A DNA stretch of 59,852 bases, taken from Macrostomum lignano (taxonomy: Eukaryota). Numbering within the stretch: position 1 is the first letter of the stretch; each line of letters starts with the position of its first letter. The notes beneath the pieces were generated by a model, which searched no databases, was not told the DNA's origin, and was given only the letters and a program-made list of their open reading frames with translations. Below, piece after piece: positions 58,860 to 59,852 of the stretch. The position numbers and the translations under genes were made by a program. The DNA lies in contig NIVC01003788.1 of NCBI GenBank assembly GCA_002269645.1, positions 1 through 59,852 on the forward strand. Direction: 5' to 3'.

Positions 58860-59852
58860 CGCCAGCTCAGTCAGTCGGTCACGCACACTGGAGCTGCTCC
58901 AGTTAAGTTGCGCGCATGGCTTCAAGAAATCGAGAAGATGAAAAGAAGTTTGTTGGTTGCTTGGCACGGCTCAGCAAACAGTAACGGGAGAGGCTGGGGA
59001 TGCAATCGAAGCAGTCCTGGCAGGAGTTGCAATGGGCGGCGTTGCTGGCGGAGCGCAGAGCAGAAGTCAGATTATACTGGCAACGGCAAGGGAGTTTGCA
59101 GCCGGGCTCTGACGAATATTGCAGGGAATCGCTGAGCAAATTTTCGCATTACCTCTTCTTATCTTCTCTCTCTCTCCTCAAGCCCTGTTCAATCGGGGCG
59201 AATTGCTGTGTGTGTTTGTCTCCAGCCAACCAGAGGGCAGGTGGGCCAAGCAGGGGTGGGCGGGGCAGGTGGCTCGCAGCTGCATACAGAGATTAGGCGG
59301 GACGGAGGGCTCCGCTTGGCAGCAGGTGAGACACACAGCGCCCTGTGGAGCCGTGCCAGCGCCTCACTAACCCCCTCCGCCCCCGCCCCGCACACTGCCG
59401 AACTTGTCGGCCACTTTGAAACTTGAGGCACTTCGCTCATCTGTGCTTTCTCAATGCTCACGCACCCACTTGTGGGCGTAGAGTTAGAACTCAATTTTTG
59501 CGGTCCTGTTTTTTTAGCAAAGCCGAGCTTGAGCTCGACTGGCAGGCAGTCCCGGCGCGCGCACCTACGCATTTTTAGCGCTGATGTCACGCGGCGTGAC
59601 TATTAATAGAAACAAATTTTATTGCTTTTTATTTCGCTCTCATGACGAAACACCAAGCCGGACGCTTCCATTCAGATAAAAGCAGAGTTTGAAGCCTCTC
59701 CGTCCAGGCTGCATGACTGCTGTTAAATTGCTTCTCGTTATTGTAGTTTGCAAATTATGAACTATGACATCAACTTCAAGCTCGCGAAACGGCTGCTGAG
59801 ATGGGAATGATGAGGCAAAAAATGATTATATCAATCCTGTTATACTAATGAG

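Overview
Eukaryotic (metazoan) genomic DNA. GC3-rich exons are separated by GT-AG introns, and most long introns carry their own minisatellite. This style fits a free-living flatworm such as Macrostomum, but that is inference only. Genes reconstructed by hand: a frameshifted multi-CUB-domain gene fragment (-, ~850-1930); FHAD1-like (+, 15 exons, 9454-21609); a compact prospero/Prox-like homeobox gene (+, 26571-30159); a GH20 beta-hexosaminidase (+, 36040-~47467); a MYLIP/IDOL-like FERM-RING E3 ligase (+, 51292-54618); and an intronless Toll-ectodomain-like LRR transmembrane gene with no visible TIR (-, ~56414-58859). Mobile DNA includes a TA-flanked MITE, a Tc1 transposase relic, two inverted tRNA-derived SINEs and a Crypton-type tyrosine-recombinase element. 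The best candidate for an undescribed system is that recombinase element. Its intact gene (3384-4733) lies between short inverted repeats. These in turn lie between two directly oriented ~100-bp imperfect palindromes with an identical 16-bp core (CACGAGTGCGCGTAGC at 2390 and 5189), and a third related site sits at 5606. The layout resembles lox/att-type sites and predicts a 2,799-bp excision circle. Also notable are a tandem array of CLEAR/E-box sites upstream of the lysosomal hexosaminidase, tandemly duplicated splice junctions, and a shortened FERM F2 lobe in the MYLIP homolog. Most apparent frameshifts in host genes are repairable by adding one base and are probably assembly errors. Family assignments come from recalled motifs, not database searches.
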